Shown: one piece after another, positions 48,600 through 61,040 of the stretch | Numbering within the stretch: the stretch's first letter is position 1 | Layout of the letters: every line of letters begins with the position of its first letter | DNA from: Octopus sinensis | Lineage: Eukaryota | Assembly (NCBI RefSeq): GCF_006345805.1 | Contig: NW_021832596.1 | Coordinates: 43,733 to 107,732 of the forward strand | Direction of reading: 5' to 3' | DNA length: 64,000 nt | Position numbers and translations under genes: made by a program | The notes under the pieces: generated by a model | Told to the model about the DNA's origin: nothing | What the model saw: the letters and a program-made list of their open reading frames with translations, nothing else | The model's database searches: none

Positions 48600-50950
48600 G
48601 CTTCAGGGATATTTGCAAAAATCTACTTCCTATATATTCTTTGTGTTTATGGCTACTGTGTATCTTCCACATACAAGCCTTCTCCATTAGCCATCCTGTG
48701 ATTCCACTGCTCCACTTGTGTGTCTATAACCTGTACTGGGTGTACTATATGGAATTCCTACCTGTACCTTTCCTGCATATCAGGCAGGATCATTTACCTG
48801 AAGGGAGTAGTGTCTTGTCTATATTCTTGCTCTGAGAAATGAGACCATTAGCCTATAGTAGTTCCCCAGGGAGATCCAGTCTCTACTATGGCCTGGGGGT
48901 GCAATATATGAAATATGAGGGGACTGAAAACCAAGCTCTAGTGAACTCTTACCGGTACTCTAAATCCATTGCTGATCTCCTGGATAACTCACTTTACTGT
49001 ACATAGCTTGTATGGCTTTCACAAGCTGTTCATCTACCCCTAGCTTTCCCAGAGACCACCCTATCACAGTATGAGAGAATCAGTCAAAGTCTTTTTCCAG
49101 GTCAGCAGATGCCAAGTATAATGGTTTATTCTTTGCTAAATACTTCTTCCACAGTTATCTAAGAAGATAGCTGCAGTTGTACTCCCTGGCACAAAGCCAA
49201 ATTGCATCTCATCTGCTGTAATTTTGTTCCTTATTGGGCTATAACTCTCTCCATAACTTTCATGACCTGGTCCAGTAATCTGAGATTTTTGTAATTATTC
49301 CTCTGTAAAGCATCTCTTTTACTCTTTTAATAGCTGGCTATAATGTTGCTACACCAGTCATTGAATATGATACCTACCTGTGTAACCTGATTAACTATAT
49401 GGATGATTATACTGTATCTTACTCCACTACGTAATCTAAGTATCATATCCATAACTCCTGATGGGACCTCCCCTGTTTTAATATCCTTAATTGCCTTAAC
49501 TATCATACTGCTGTCAACTAGGACAGCTGGCCCCTTTGTTGGGTCATTGTAGGGATACTCTCTTCTTCATGTATTTTCCACATTCTAAAAGCATTCCATG
49601 CCTCTTTCTTTATCTAATTACTAAGTGCAAGTGTGCCATTATCCATCTGCACATACTTCTCTCCCACAAGAACTACATTCTTTTTTATACACTATTTTGC
49701 AGTCCAGAACACCTCATGCCTGTTATTCTCATGCTGTAAGACATTGATGAACCTTTTCTTTCTGCCTCTCCTCTGTTGTCTAGCTTCCTTTCTAGCTACC
49801 TGATATAGTCCTTTACTACCTACATTTCTCCACCCTTTTCAAACCCATCTCTTCTACTTTATGGCCCTATCTACCACATTGTCCACCACCACATGATCCT
49901 TGGTCTAATGAAGCTTCATCCCAGTACAGATTTTGTCTCTCACCTGCAGTTGGTTATCCTGTAAGAATTTCCAGTTGTCCTCTACATAATATGTCTCTGT
50001 CTCCTCCTCTCACCAAATGCTTCAGTTACAATATCACTAAGTCTCTGACTCTGTCTAGCTCTAATCTCTAAAGTCACTAAATACTAACCTATGTGGAGTT
50101 GCACAGTTTTCACCAGGGGAGAACTTCACATTCACTAGCATCTGCTTTTACCTGTTTCTCATGAGAATGTAGCTGGTTTATGTGCCCACTAGATTGATAG
50201 GTGGTTAGCTGGTTTTCTGAAGTTAGTGTTGCAGATCAACAGGTCATTTGCATTACAACACCCTTGTTCCCTCTTCATTTCACCTACTAAGGCTGTAACC
50301 TCTATGCATGCCATGAAATCCATTGGAATGCTTCCCAATATCCATTGAAGTCATCAGCCTTGATTAATAATTCCACTGTCTTTTGTTGTTGAGGTAATCT
50401 AATATAGGGAGTCATAGAAATGGTCCTTGTCTTCATTGTCAGTCCAGTGTGTGGAGTATATGCAGAGATAAATGTCATTGTCACATTATACATGGCTAGT
50501 CTTAGTCTGTTAACCCTCTCACACTTCCTGAGTACCTCGATCACCTTATCCATCCATTTTTCTGCCAAAAGTGTACCTACACTATGTACCTCATCACTAC
50601 TCCTTACACAGAAGAATTTTGGTGATATGCCATGCTTAAGAAGACCCTTTGAACCAAGTGAGATTGTAGTTGTGGCTCCTGCTAGTGTCTTCAAACATTG
50701 GGGGATATGTTGTGCTTGTGAAGACCTGTCATGCTGAGTGAATTCATGGCTGTGGCCAATGCCAATGCTGTCTGACTGACACCCATGCTGATGGCACATA
50801 GAAAGCACTGTTTGAGTGTTGGCCTCATGGAGGCAGTGACAAGTGACTATGATCCTTGGCAATATACTCTGCTTGTGTAGACCAGTCAAGCCAAGTGAGA
50901 CTGTAGTCATGGCTAATGCCAGTGTCAGGCCAAAGTCACCTGCACTGGTG
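48600..50950 (-). mobile_element. Degenerate RTE-like LINE (APE to start of RT)
   Basis: VGTLL..ISAYTPHTG..ADDFNG (APE, ORF 50302-50910); KPLYLASADLEKDFD (RT, ~49090-49140). Confidence 0.7.
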
Positions 50951-51399
50951 ACATGTAAAAAACAGCCACTATACTCTTGGAGAGGTTGGCATTAAGAAGG
51001 GCATCCAGCTGCAGAAACCTTGCCAAATCAGATCAGAACCTGGTGCAGCTCCCTGGCTTACTAGTTTTCAGTCAAACCATCCAATCCATGCCAGCATGGA
51101 AAGCAGGCTTTAAATGATAGTGATGAACTCTGGTTAATCCATCTAATGTATGCCAGCAGAGAAAATGGACATTAAAAAGTGATGATGATTCCTTGCCCTC
51201 TAGCAATCTAGATGAGGGTCCCCTCCATCATGCTTCTTGCACACATATACATGTCTTCATTTTAGCATTTCAACAATCTAACAAGAACTCCCTTACATTG
51301 TGCTAACATTGATCATGATAGCTCTAAGTTTGTGACTTACAGAGAGTCAATTGCAATTTATAGCACTGTCATTGAAAAAGTTACATTTATATTTCTCTC

Positions 51400-51765
51400 T
51401 CCATATATATATATATATATAGACACACACACACACATATATTTCTATGTATTTGTATATGTTTGTGTGTATATATGTATTCATGTATATATGTATGTGT
51501 GCATACATATATGTATGTATATATGTGTGTATGTATGTATATATATGTGTGTGTATATATATATGTAGAGAGAAAGAGAAATATATGTGCATATATATAT
51601 ATGTATATATATATATATATGCATATTTCTCTATATTTATATACACACATACATATATACATACACACACACATATATATATATATATACATATCTACAC
51701 ATACACATATGTATACCTATATATACAGCTTATCTACATGTGTATATATGTATACACACACATAT
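51400..51765. repeat. Mixed TA/CA/TG microsatellite field
   Basis: Visible directly. Confidence 0.9.
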
Positions 51766-52478
51766 GAATTTGTACATCGAACTTAACTTGAATGAGATGA
51801 TTTGATGCTATAAACTGCAGTATATTTTCCTGAGAAATCTTCTCGTATGGGTGATAAATAGAAAAAAGCACAAATTATAATGGCAGACAAATTTAATCAG
51901 CATTGGTGTTCAGACTACTATATCATGTGACTTCGACATATGCTCATATCTTCAGCAGTAGGTGCCTAAACTCTAAGTGCTAGACCAAAATTTGATCAAA
52001 TCTGTCAGGCTGAGTAAAAAGTAAGTAATGTTTTGAAACATGACATTCATCACAATATGTTTCAACAATGCAGAAGTTTTATTCATCAAAATAAGTACCA
52101 TTATAATCAACACATTTTTGCCTATGAGTTACAAGTTTGTTTATTCTGGTAACATAAAAATCTGGAGTTCTGGAGCTGACGAACTATTTGAAATGCACTT
52201 TCAGCATCAGTTTGATTTTTGAACTCCTTTTGCAGGAGGTGCTTGAAAAAGTGGTAGTCTGCAGGAGAAAGATCTGAGGAATAAGCTGGGTGGGAAAGAA
52301 CTTCGTAGTGAAGTTCCCTCAACTTCTGGGGTATCGTGTGGTTGAGCATTATCATGAAGAATGATTGGCCCTCTTCTGTTGACCAGTCTGGGATGGAGGA
52401 ATAGCAGTTTATCATTCATTTTGACAATTTTATGGCAGTTTGTTTCTGCAGTAATGATTTTTCTGGGTTTATAGTAGA

Positions 52479-52839
52479 CTAGCAGTATCGCCTGGCATTG
52501 CTCGGGTTTGTAAGGGAAATAACTATAAAGCAGTTTTAGAGAGTTATAGCCAAAAAATGATGGTAAATTTTTTTTTTAGTTAAAAAGGTCGAGTTGCGCC
52601 CCCTAGACAGTCTGTGGTTTGTGTTTCTGATTCTCGACCCCATGTCGAATTTATCGATTTTTTTCAGAACTGGGGAAACTTTTCAAAATTTTCGCTGCGT
52701 TAGTTTTGAATTATGACATTGGGCTATGTGTGTGTCAAGTTTCATCAGAATCGGTTGAAAGCCGTGGTCAGGGTGAGGGTACAACCTAACAGACACACAG
52801 AAACACACACAGACAAACTGCCGTTTATATATAGAGAGA
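52479..52839 (-). mobile_element. Short non-autonomous Helitron inserted in the mariner ORF
   Basis: A|TCTCTCTATATATAAACGGCAG start, hairpin plus CTAG|T end. Removal rejoins TAGTAGA|TGAG and the mariner peptide continues on both sides. Confidence 0.88.
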
Positions 52840-54659
52840 TGAGTTCAACAGTACACCACCAAATAGTCAACATAACCTTCATTTTGAGGATCTCGGATTT
52901 GGGTAAGGTTTTCAGTGCTTCATTTTGGTCAACCACTGCAAAGAACGTTTTTTTTTATTATTGTACAGAATCCTCTTTTCATTACAAGTTAAATACGGTC
53001 AAGAAATAGATTGGTCTGGTTACAGAGAAGCGATGAATCAAACTTCATATCTATGCATTTTTTGATTTTCGTTCAAATCATGTGGTATGCATTTGTCAAG
53101 CTTTTTTAACTTTCCAATCACATGCAAATGATGGGAGTTAGTTTTCTGACTAACTCAAAGTTCTTTTTGCCAATTCTAAAGTGGTTTTACGTGCATCTTT
53201 CTCAGGGATGGTCTTTAATTCACCGTCATCGATGATAGATGGGCATCCACTCTGCTCACATTCTTCAAGGTTCAGATCTCCACTGTGAAACTGTTTAAAC
53301 CATTTTTGAACTGGTCATTTCCACACCAAATGTTTTGTTGATATCGCTAACAGTTTCAGCTGCTTCACTTCCTTTTTTTGAAGTTGAAGAGCAAAATTGT
53401 TCGACTAACTATCGTGCTTTGACAGTTCCATTTCAGATGATTGTAACTACAGTGAAAATACTATCAATGTTAATTTATCAATGCAAGTCTACAGGGGTTG
53501 AACAAAATAATAGAAACACCTTAAAATTTCGAACAAATTCATTTTAATAAGGGGTAGGACCACCTTTGGCAGTAATTACACCTTGAATTCTACAAGGTAT
53601 AGACTCATACAATGTTTGAATTGTTTCCAAAGGAAATTTTGTCCATTCTTCAGCTAAAAGAGTCTTCAGTTCTTGTAGTGATAATGGTAGAGGATATCAA
53701 CTCCTTGCTTGTTTTTCTAAAATGCACCATAAATGTTCAATAATATTGAGATCTGGAGACTGTGGTGGCCAGATAAGATGTTCAGCTTCACTAGATTGTT
53801 CCTCATGCCATTCAGTAACAACTTTAGCTGTGTGAATTGGTGCATTATCATCCTGAAAGGTTGCATTTCGCTCCGGAAACAGTTCCGCAACCATAGGATT
53901 AATTTGATCAGATAAAATGCTTAAATAGTCTTGACTTAATTCTGCTATAAAGGGGAACCATTGGGTTGGTGGATTTCCAAGATACAGCCCCAACAGACCA
54001 TCACAGATCCTCTTCCATGTTTAACAGTTGGAAGAAGGCAGTCTGGGTCAAATGCTTCTTTTGGGCTGTCTCCACACATATACTCGACTGGTGTTTGGAA
54101 ATAAGGCAAAGGATGACTCGTCCGAGAGAAGAACATTCTTTCACAGCTCTAGGGACCAATTCTGTAGGTTTTTACTACACTCTAAACGTTTTGCAATGTT
54201 TGTTTGTGAAAGTAGTGGCTTTCTGGTTGCAGCCCTCCTGTAAAATCCAGCTTTGCGCAGCTCCCAGTGAACAGTTTTTGTTGAAACTGGGTTGGTTTTC
54301 AAGGTGGTCATTACGCTCTGCAGTAATTTGGGGAGCTGTACTTTTGTGATCCTTTCTAACAATTCGCGTAAGAGTCTGTCAGCCCTTATTTGAAAGTTTT
54401 GGTTTTCTTCCGGAGTTTTGTTTCGACAAGGAGGTTTTTTTTCCCTCTTTCCCAAAGGCTGTCATTACTTTTGAGACAGTACTTCTTGATACACTAAACA
54501 TTTTGGCTGTTTTAGTTATGCTAGCACCTGCCATATGAACACCAACAATTTGACCTCTTTGAAAGTTGGATAGATCTGTCATTTTAATGAATTTTAATTA
54601 TCTTTTTCTGATGATATCTGAAAAGAAACAGCAATCTTAGCAAAATCAAGCAACACTAA

Positions 54660-55418
54660 TCTCTTATTATAAAAGGCAGATTTTATCTGCCTCCCTTTGT
54701 CAGTTATAGAAATCTACAATATAGGATTTCTTCAATTACAATTTACCTACCATTTTTAAGAGTAGAATGCATCGGGTCATGCCAGGTCCAGTTTTTAAAA
54801 TTTAAACTCCAATTAAGCAAAATTTACAGAAAACTCACATTCTGGTGTGTATGTCAAATGCTTTTCTTAATGTGGTTTACACCACACGCACACGCACACA
54901 CACAGTGTGCAACGAATAAAGTGAAAGTAATTCACTGTGTGTGTGTTGACAGGTAGACAATAGAATGCAATGGCGATGTAATATTTGTTTCTGTCTATCA
55001 CGCTGATAGATACATGAGTAAAATGTATGGCAAGCTAAGAGATAAGAGTGAGTGAAAATGTTCTTGGAAGAGAGTAAATAGCGACAGAGTGATTTGAGGA
55101 AGACTAAACTGAAAGTATTTCTATAAAATGGATCACTCATGCTATCAACATAATTTCTCCCACTTTCTCTTTGCAAGTGTACCTTAAACCACTACTCAAA
55201 AAATAAAAAAACACAGCAAACAGAATCAAATAAATACATAGCGATTTACTCCTCACACAATTTCTTCAATTAGAGTTTACCTAAGATTTTTCAAAGTACT
55301 CCATTCGGTCATGCCATAACAAATTTCTTTCAATTTCACCCCCAATTAAGACAAAATTCGAGAAAACTCAATATTTTAACATTTCACTCCGAAAGCATTG
55401 ATGTACATGTGTGCGTGC

Positions 55419-55453
<35 letters not shown>

Positions 55454-56920
55454 TGATGGGTTGTGCGACACAGAAAGTGTGGTGTGTAAGTGAAGTGCTT
55501 TTGTTAGTGTGTGTAAAGAGACAGAGAGAGTGAAAGACAGAAATAACTGAACTTTTTTTATTCACTTTTTGTAGTGAGTGACTGAGAGAGAAAAGAGAGA
55601 GAGAGGTTATGTATGTATATATGTATGTATGGCTTCAGTGACACACACACACAAAAACACATACCTACGTACACCTAAAGCACGCACACACACACACAAG
55701 TGGAGCGCGAACTTCAAAATTTTGGTAGTATTAATTTGTGAGCGTACTTCTAAGCACGCGTAATTGAAAGTTTTCACTATGATATCATCACGTGCGAAAA
55801 AATTCAAAGGGTTTTGAACAATTGAGATACAGATGTCACGCCTGTATTGAAACCATTGCTAAGCTGCCGTAATTGCTTAATTAAGACTTTGTTTAAATTG
55901 AAAGGGGCAAATATGTGACGAGGTTGAAAAAAAATACCCCAGAAAAAAAAATGTACTGCTGGTATTTATATAATTCACTACTATTTTGCTACAATGTCAT
56001 GAAAAAGAAAAAATTTAGCTATGTACAACATATATTATACATTTTTTCTATTCATTCAACGAAAATAAAAAAATCGAATTCGCCACCCCCTTTTCCCCGT
56101 TCGCGTTTGTGTAAAAAAAATTATTATATAAGTTTTAAAAATTATTTACTTTGTTCAAAAAATATTAATATTAATTAATTTTCAAGAATTATTTAATTTT
56201 ATTCTGTAAAATAGTAATTAATTCATTTATCTGTAAATCCGCGAGGTTGTTACTCAGGCACCTAGAAATAGCAGCCAGATTTTTATATTCTAAATAATTT
56301 GCAATTTCAAAAAATATATTAATTTTGCGTTATTTAATTTGATAAATTCTACGGAATAATTTTGCGCGTTATATACGTTCGCGTTTCTGTAAAAAAAAGT
56401 AATTATTTAAGGGCGATCGAGTATCGAGTACCTACGTCTGGCTCGCACGCCCGAATCCGCGTGTGCGCAACCGGGACCACTCTGCGATACAAGTAAACAT
56501 ATATACATCCATACATACATGTGTGTGTGTGTCTATGTATGTGTATTAATGTGTGTGTGTTATCTCTATATAAAGCTAAAGTTGTCTGTGTGCGCCACGT
56601 TTGGTAACCTTCAACTAACACTATCTCCTCCGAGACCCTGCGGCGCAAGTTGACCAAAATTGAGAGTATGATAGAAGAAGGGTTGCTCTTCCTTCTGTAG
56701 AACATAAAATTCAAATCGGACCATGTTAACACCAAAAATTATTTACATCAAAAAGATGCTTTTTTCTATGAAAATCCCTATTTTTTACGATTTTTTCACT
56801 GCTGTGTCGCCACTTTTCGGTGTATTTCGACCAGAAAAATGTTCACAAAAGTTTTACTTTTCAAAATTACAATTCCAGCGGGTCGAAACAAACCCGAGCA
56901 ATGCCGGGCAATACTGCTAG
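54660..56920 (+). mobile_element. Composite non-autonomous Helitron
   Basis: A|TCTCTTATTATAAAAGGCAG start; 54660-55430 is homologous to 1928-1370; ends at CTAG|T 56917-56921. Confidence 0.78.
56563..56920 (+). mobile_element. Short Helitron supplying the 3' end of the second composite
   Basis: Own A|TCTCTATATAAAGC start; CCCGAGCAATGCCGGGCAATACTGCTAG end. Confidence 0.82.
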
Positions 56921-57899
56921 TAATAAATAAATAAAAAACAAACAAATATAAACAAGCTTATGCTGGTTTTATAGATATTTCAAAATTACAATGCTATCAT
57001 GCTAGGTGTTTCCATTATTTTGTTCAACCCCTGTGTGTCTATAATCAGACAATTGCAAAAAAATGTTTAAAAAAATTGAAAACTCTACAAAAATCCAGTA
57101 CAAAATCTTCATGGTTCAAAATGTTGCTTATTTTTTACTCAACCTGTTATATATGTTTATATATGCAAAACCAATTTGTAAGATTGGCCACGATGGATAT
57201 ATAATATTTCAAATTTACAGAAAACAAAAGAGGAAGACAGGTGAGGGAACAACAAGTATATGTATGAATTCAACGCTCAGGAAGAATGGAAAAGACTTTG
57301 ATATTTCAAGCTTATGCTCTTTGACAGAAAAGATTGAGAGGAAGAAAATGGAGAGAGAAAAATGTGTAGGGATATATAAACTATACACTGTGATTAGTGT
57401 GTGTGCGTGTCTCCTTGTCTTGACCTTGCACAATACTCATGAATGTGTCACCATCATACATTTGGTGTTGCTCATTTCCAATCATCCATAAAAACATGTC
57501 CTGTCATGCAGAAAACATAACATTCTTGGAATCAAGGGAAGGTTGGGCAAAAGGGGGCAATCCAATCAGAGAAGATCTGTCTTGGTGAATTCTTTCTCAC
57601 TCATGTTAGCATGGAAATGTGGACATTAAAATGATGATGAAATGCTTCATATATTTGTAGACAATATTTATTTGTTGTATATCCTGGTTTGGCCTAAATT
57701 GTCCTATTTTAACTCCTTGTTCTGGCTTTCCAGCGAATTTGAAAGTCTGTCCCAGTTTTTAATAATCTTGAAATATTTATTTGTTACTATCTTTATTATT
57801 TGACAGAAAGGTGCAAGACATTGGTGCTAATTAGTCTTACTAAACCCTAATGAAACACTTGTAGTAGGAATCCAGTTGAGACTCGAAATTAAAATCTTG

Positions 57900-59000
57900 T
57901 ACTTCATTCATACACATGGAAAAAGTCCAAATATTTAGAATTGTTCCCTCAGTTTCAAAAAAGAAGGAAACAGATGACCATTGGAAAACCAGATTGTCCC
58001 TGGAGAAACTAACTAGTGACTGAGAATCTTGTGTTGAGACAAACAATGGCATTCTCTGAACTATGACATGTTCAAATATTTATAATTGTTAAAATTAGGC
58101 CTTATATTACATACATTTTCCATGAGAAAGGCAGAAACACTGCAAAGCTTGTTTGATTTAATTTGTCTTGCAAGTATCTCACTAAAAGTGGCTGCTAAAG
58201 AAGTTAATTTTGCTTTTCATTCTGTTTCGCATGACTTGAATTTCAAAACATCTAACTGCTTATGAAAGATGATCTCCACACATTTTAGCCAAAGTTGTAG
58301 CTAGTCCTGACAAAATGTGAACCTGTAAATTTTTATGCAAAATTTGGAAGGTGCTATGTTGGCATTAAATGAAGCTGAGGTGTACATATTGTGCACAACT
58401 TCATGCCAATTAATATCAAATAACTCATGAAAATATTAAAATATTTTCTTATATATACAGGTCGTTTAATGTCTCTAAAAGAATTTTGTGACTTTGCCAG
58501 TGTGGAATACAAAAACATAATACAACATGGTAATATATCAGCAGTTGAAATAATTCTTCACATTTGTTCTAGCAGGAAGTTTTACTTTTGTTCCCAAGAA
58601 TTCTGTTGGGACTGGTAAAACAGAAAGATATGTTTTTAGTTTGAACATGGATAGCTCAATTTTTTCAAGAAACTGGAGTACAATACTAAGTAGCAGGAGA
58701 AAAAACAGGACAAAAAATAGGAAAAGCATTGGAAAAGTAAAGAAAGAGTGTAAAAGGGTTTATGAAAGATGTCTCCCATACCTAACCTATGGAAAGAGAA
58801 CTTTAAACCAGCAGAAGACTGTTGTGGTTAGATATTTTGGCCAATTGTTCAACAGTCTACAGTTAAAATCAAAGGATTGAAAAGCAAGTAGTAAACATTT
58901 GTCAGTTATTTGATGTGGCTGTTATTGCAAAGTCTTTGAGCTTCTAAAGTAGAAGTTTGGACAACACAAAACCTTACGTATGTAAAATAGTGGCCAAATT
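57900..59000 (+). mobile_element. Possible very degenerate hAT-like transposase remnant
   Basis: KVAAKEVNFAFHSVSHDLNF weakly resembles hAT-type N-terminal regions; many stops. Confidence 0.3.
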
Positions 59001-59918
59001 ATTTGCTCATTGCTAAGAGAAAATCTTAGTGCTGTAGTATTCATTCACTATCTACATAGTACTTTTGCACCAGTGCATATGTGGTCAGAAAAGTGGTGTA
59101 AGTTAAAGTCAGTGGTTTTCTAATTACTAAATTAAATACCCACCTGAGCTGCTCAGATATTTTTGATAAAATTTAAAATATCAAATTTCTTATGAAAATA
59201 TTTCCAAAAGAACAGTATGAAAGCACTTGGCAGTTGAATAAGATGTTACTTGTCAATAGAAACAGATAATTGTATACACTTATTCTATCAGGTAAAGAAC
59301 TAGCTGCTTTGTACATCTGATTCCTATCTCTTTGTCTCTTACCCAGCTGTTAAACCTTCTAAGTGAGAAAGATCAATCATACATCTTACCAGTTCACATG
59401 TATCACTTGCGTACTTGCTAGGAATTGCCTTCATATAAGAACAAAATAGGCAGTTATGTTAATACAGTTGCAGTGAAAAGTCCTCCAGATGGCGCACTCT
59501 TCTTTAACACCCATCCCATATGCTGTAACTCTTCATCATTCATGGTATTTCCACTGTTCCAAGTTTCAGTTCCTATAATCCTGGTTTCAATCTAAAAAAT
59601 ATAGTGAGTCTACACTCACACACACTTGCACGCACAAACATATATAGTTTAAAGAAAATAAACGTTAAAAAGGTCAACGCAGGAAGAAAGAAAGTTCGAT
59701 AACTATGTTATTGTATATATATATATCATATATATATATATAATATATATATGTATGTTGTTTAATGTACACAGTATATAGTTTTATATACTGAAGATAT
59801 TATCTAGTCAAGTTTTAAAGTATGCCGATGTTTGGTGAAAAAAATGGAAAAAGAAAGGCAAAAAAGAATTAGTTACATCCCCTTTGACTGTAGAATCATA
59901 AGGCTAGATGAGGCAGAA

Positions 59919-61040
59919 TCAATGGAAGGGGTCTAAAGTGTGCAAAACAGCTTCTCTGTCTGGTGAGGTTGGTATTCTCCAGTTTGCCAAAAGAAACTTT
60001 GCCATATGTTTACATTTGCTGAAAATTTCTGATCCGGAATTCATCAGTGTTGTGGAAGTTTTAGATCTAAAAAGGATGTGCAAAACTGCATAATTTGTAT
60101 TTGTTTTATCCATTAACACATGACATGGATTTTTCTATAGTTTTCCACTCGATTGTATGTGGTGTGGAGTGTGTCTTAAAACCCGTATATGGCTAGCTGA
60201 CTTAGCAGCTTTAGTTTTGTCCATGTGCCGGAAAAACATAGGTGTTCAGTGTGGCATTTTTTGAAGTTGCCTTTATACAACCTGATGTAATTCTTTTTGG
60301 TTATGTTATCATATAGTGTAACTGTAATTTCTGCTTCATATTAGATGAAGTTTATTGTGCGCCACTAGTTGAGTGGACAATGAATGGACAAGCTTCAGAG
60401 TCTCAGCAGTTACAACTGGTGGTGGTTATGGATGATGATGCTCTTTATATTGGGGGCAGCAGCTTTATGATAATTCATTTGCCTGTTAAAGATATTTCTG
60501 TACTTGTGATTTTCTGGGAAACGCTTATCTAAGAGAGAGAGAAGAATTTTAAAACTAAATTAGCTTTAACATTTTGGGAGAGTGAGGGTAAACTAAATTA
60601 ATTTCCTATTCTAAGGTGCATTTTTATTATTCGTATTATTACTAGAAAAGTTGTAATATAAATTATCTTTGAAGCTACCATTACCTAGGACATTTTCATA
60701 GTAAGAGGCTCATCAAAAATCTCTTTAGAGGAGAGAGGTTGAATATCCTGCTATTAATGTTTAGCTATCAGGTTTCTGAACCTGGTAGCGAAACTGTTTG
60801 TGAGTGCAGTTAAGTTTCTTGTTGCGTTTATGATATGGTTTATTAGAGTGAAAGTTTAGATCTCGGGAAACATCTTAAAATTGACTTTTAACAAATCGGT
60901 CATGACTGATTTTGAGGCTTAATTGACTACAGGTAGCGAGTATGATCATTGCGGCCATGAGAAATTCCAATCCATTGTTTAGGTGTAGACCAACATTTGT
61001 ATCAGATTTTTTAATCCATGGCTATCACTTACTTATCTAC
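59919..61040 (-). mobile_element. Degenerate Penelope-like element (RT C-terminus to GIY-YIG)
   Basis: VNF.DVS..KPYHK; EIFDE..YYENVL; RFPENHKYRNIFNR; SCNC*DSEACPF (~60386-60417); SEIFSKCKHMAKFLLANW. Confidence 0.72.

Larger units (their letters stand above)
53492..57033 (-). mobile_element. Tc1 (DD34E-type) element, interrupted by a composite Helitron
   Basis: TIRs CAGGGGTTGAACAAAATAATAGAAACACC / GGTGTTTCCATTATTTTGTTCAACCCCTG. MTDLSNFQRGQIVG..SGRKPKLS; FQDDNAPIH; WPPQSPDLNIIEHLW. Confidence 0.9.
52005..57147 (-). mobile_element. mariner element expanded by nested insertions
   Basis: TIRs CAGGCTGAGTAAAAAGTAAG (52006) and CTTATTTTTTACTCAACCTG (57127-57146). ATG at 53431 (MELSKHD); KVMLTIWW; LHDNAQPH; YSSDLSPADYHFF. 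Confidence 0.82.
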
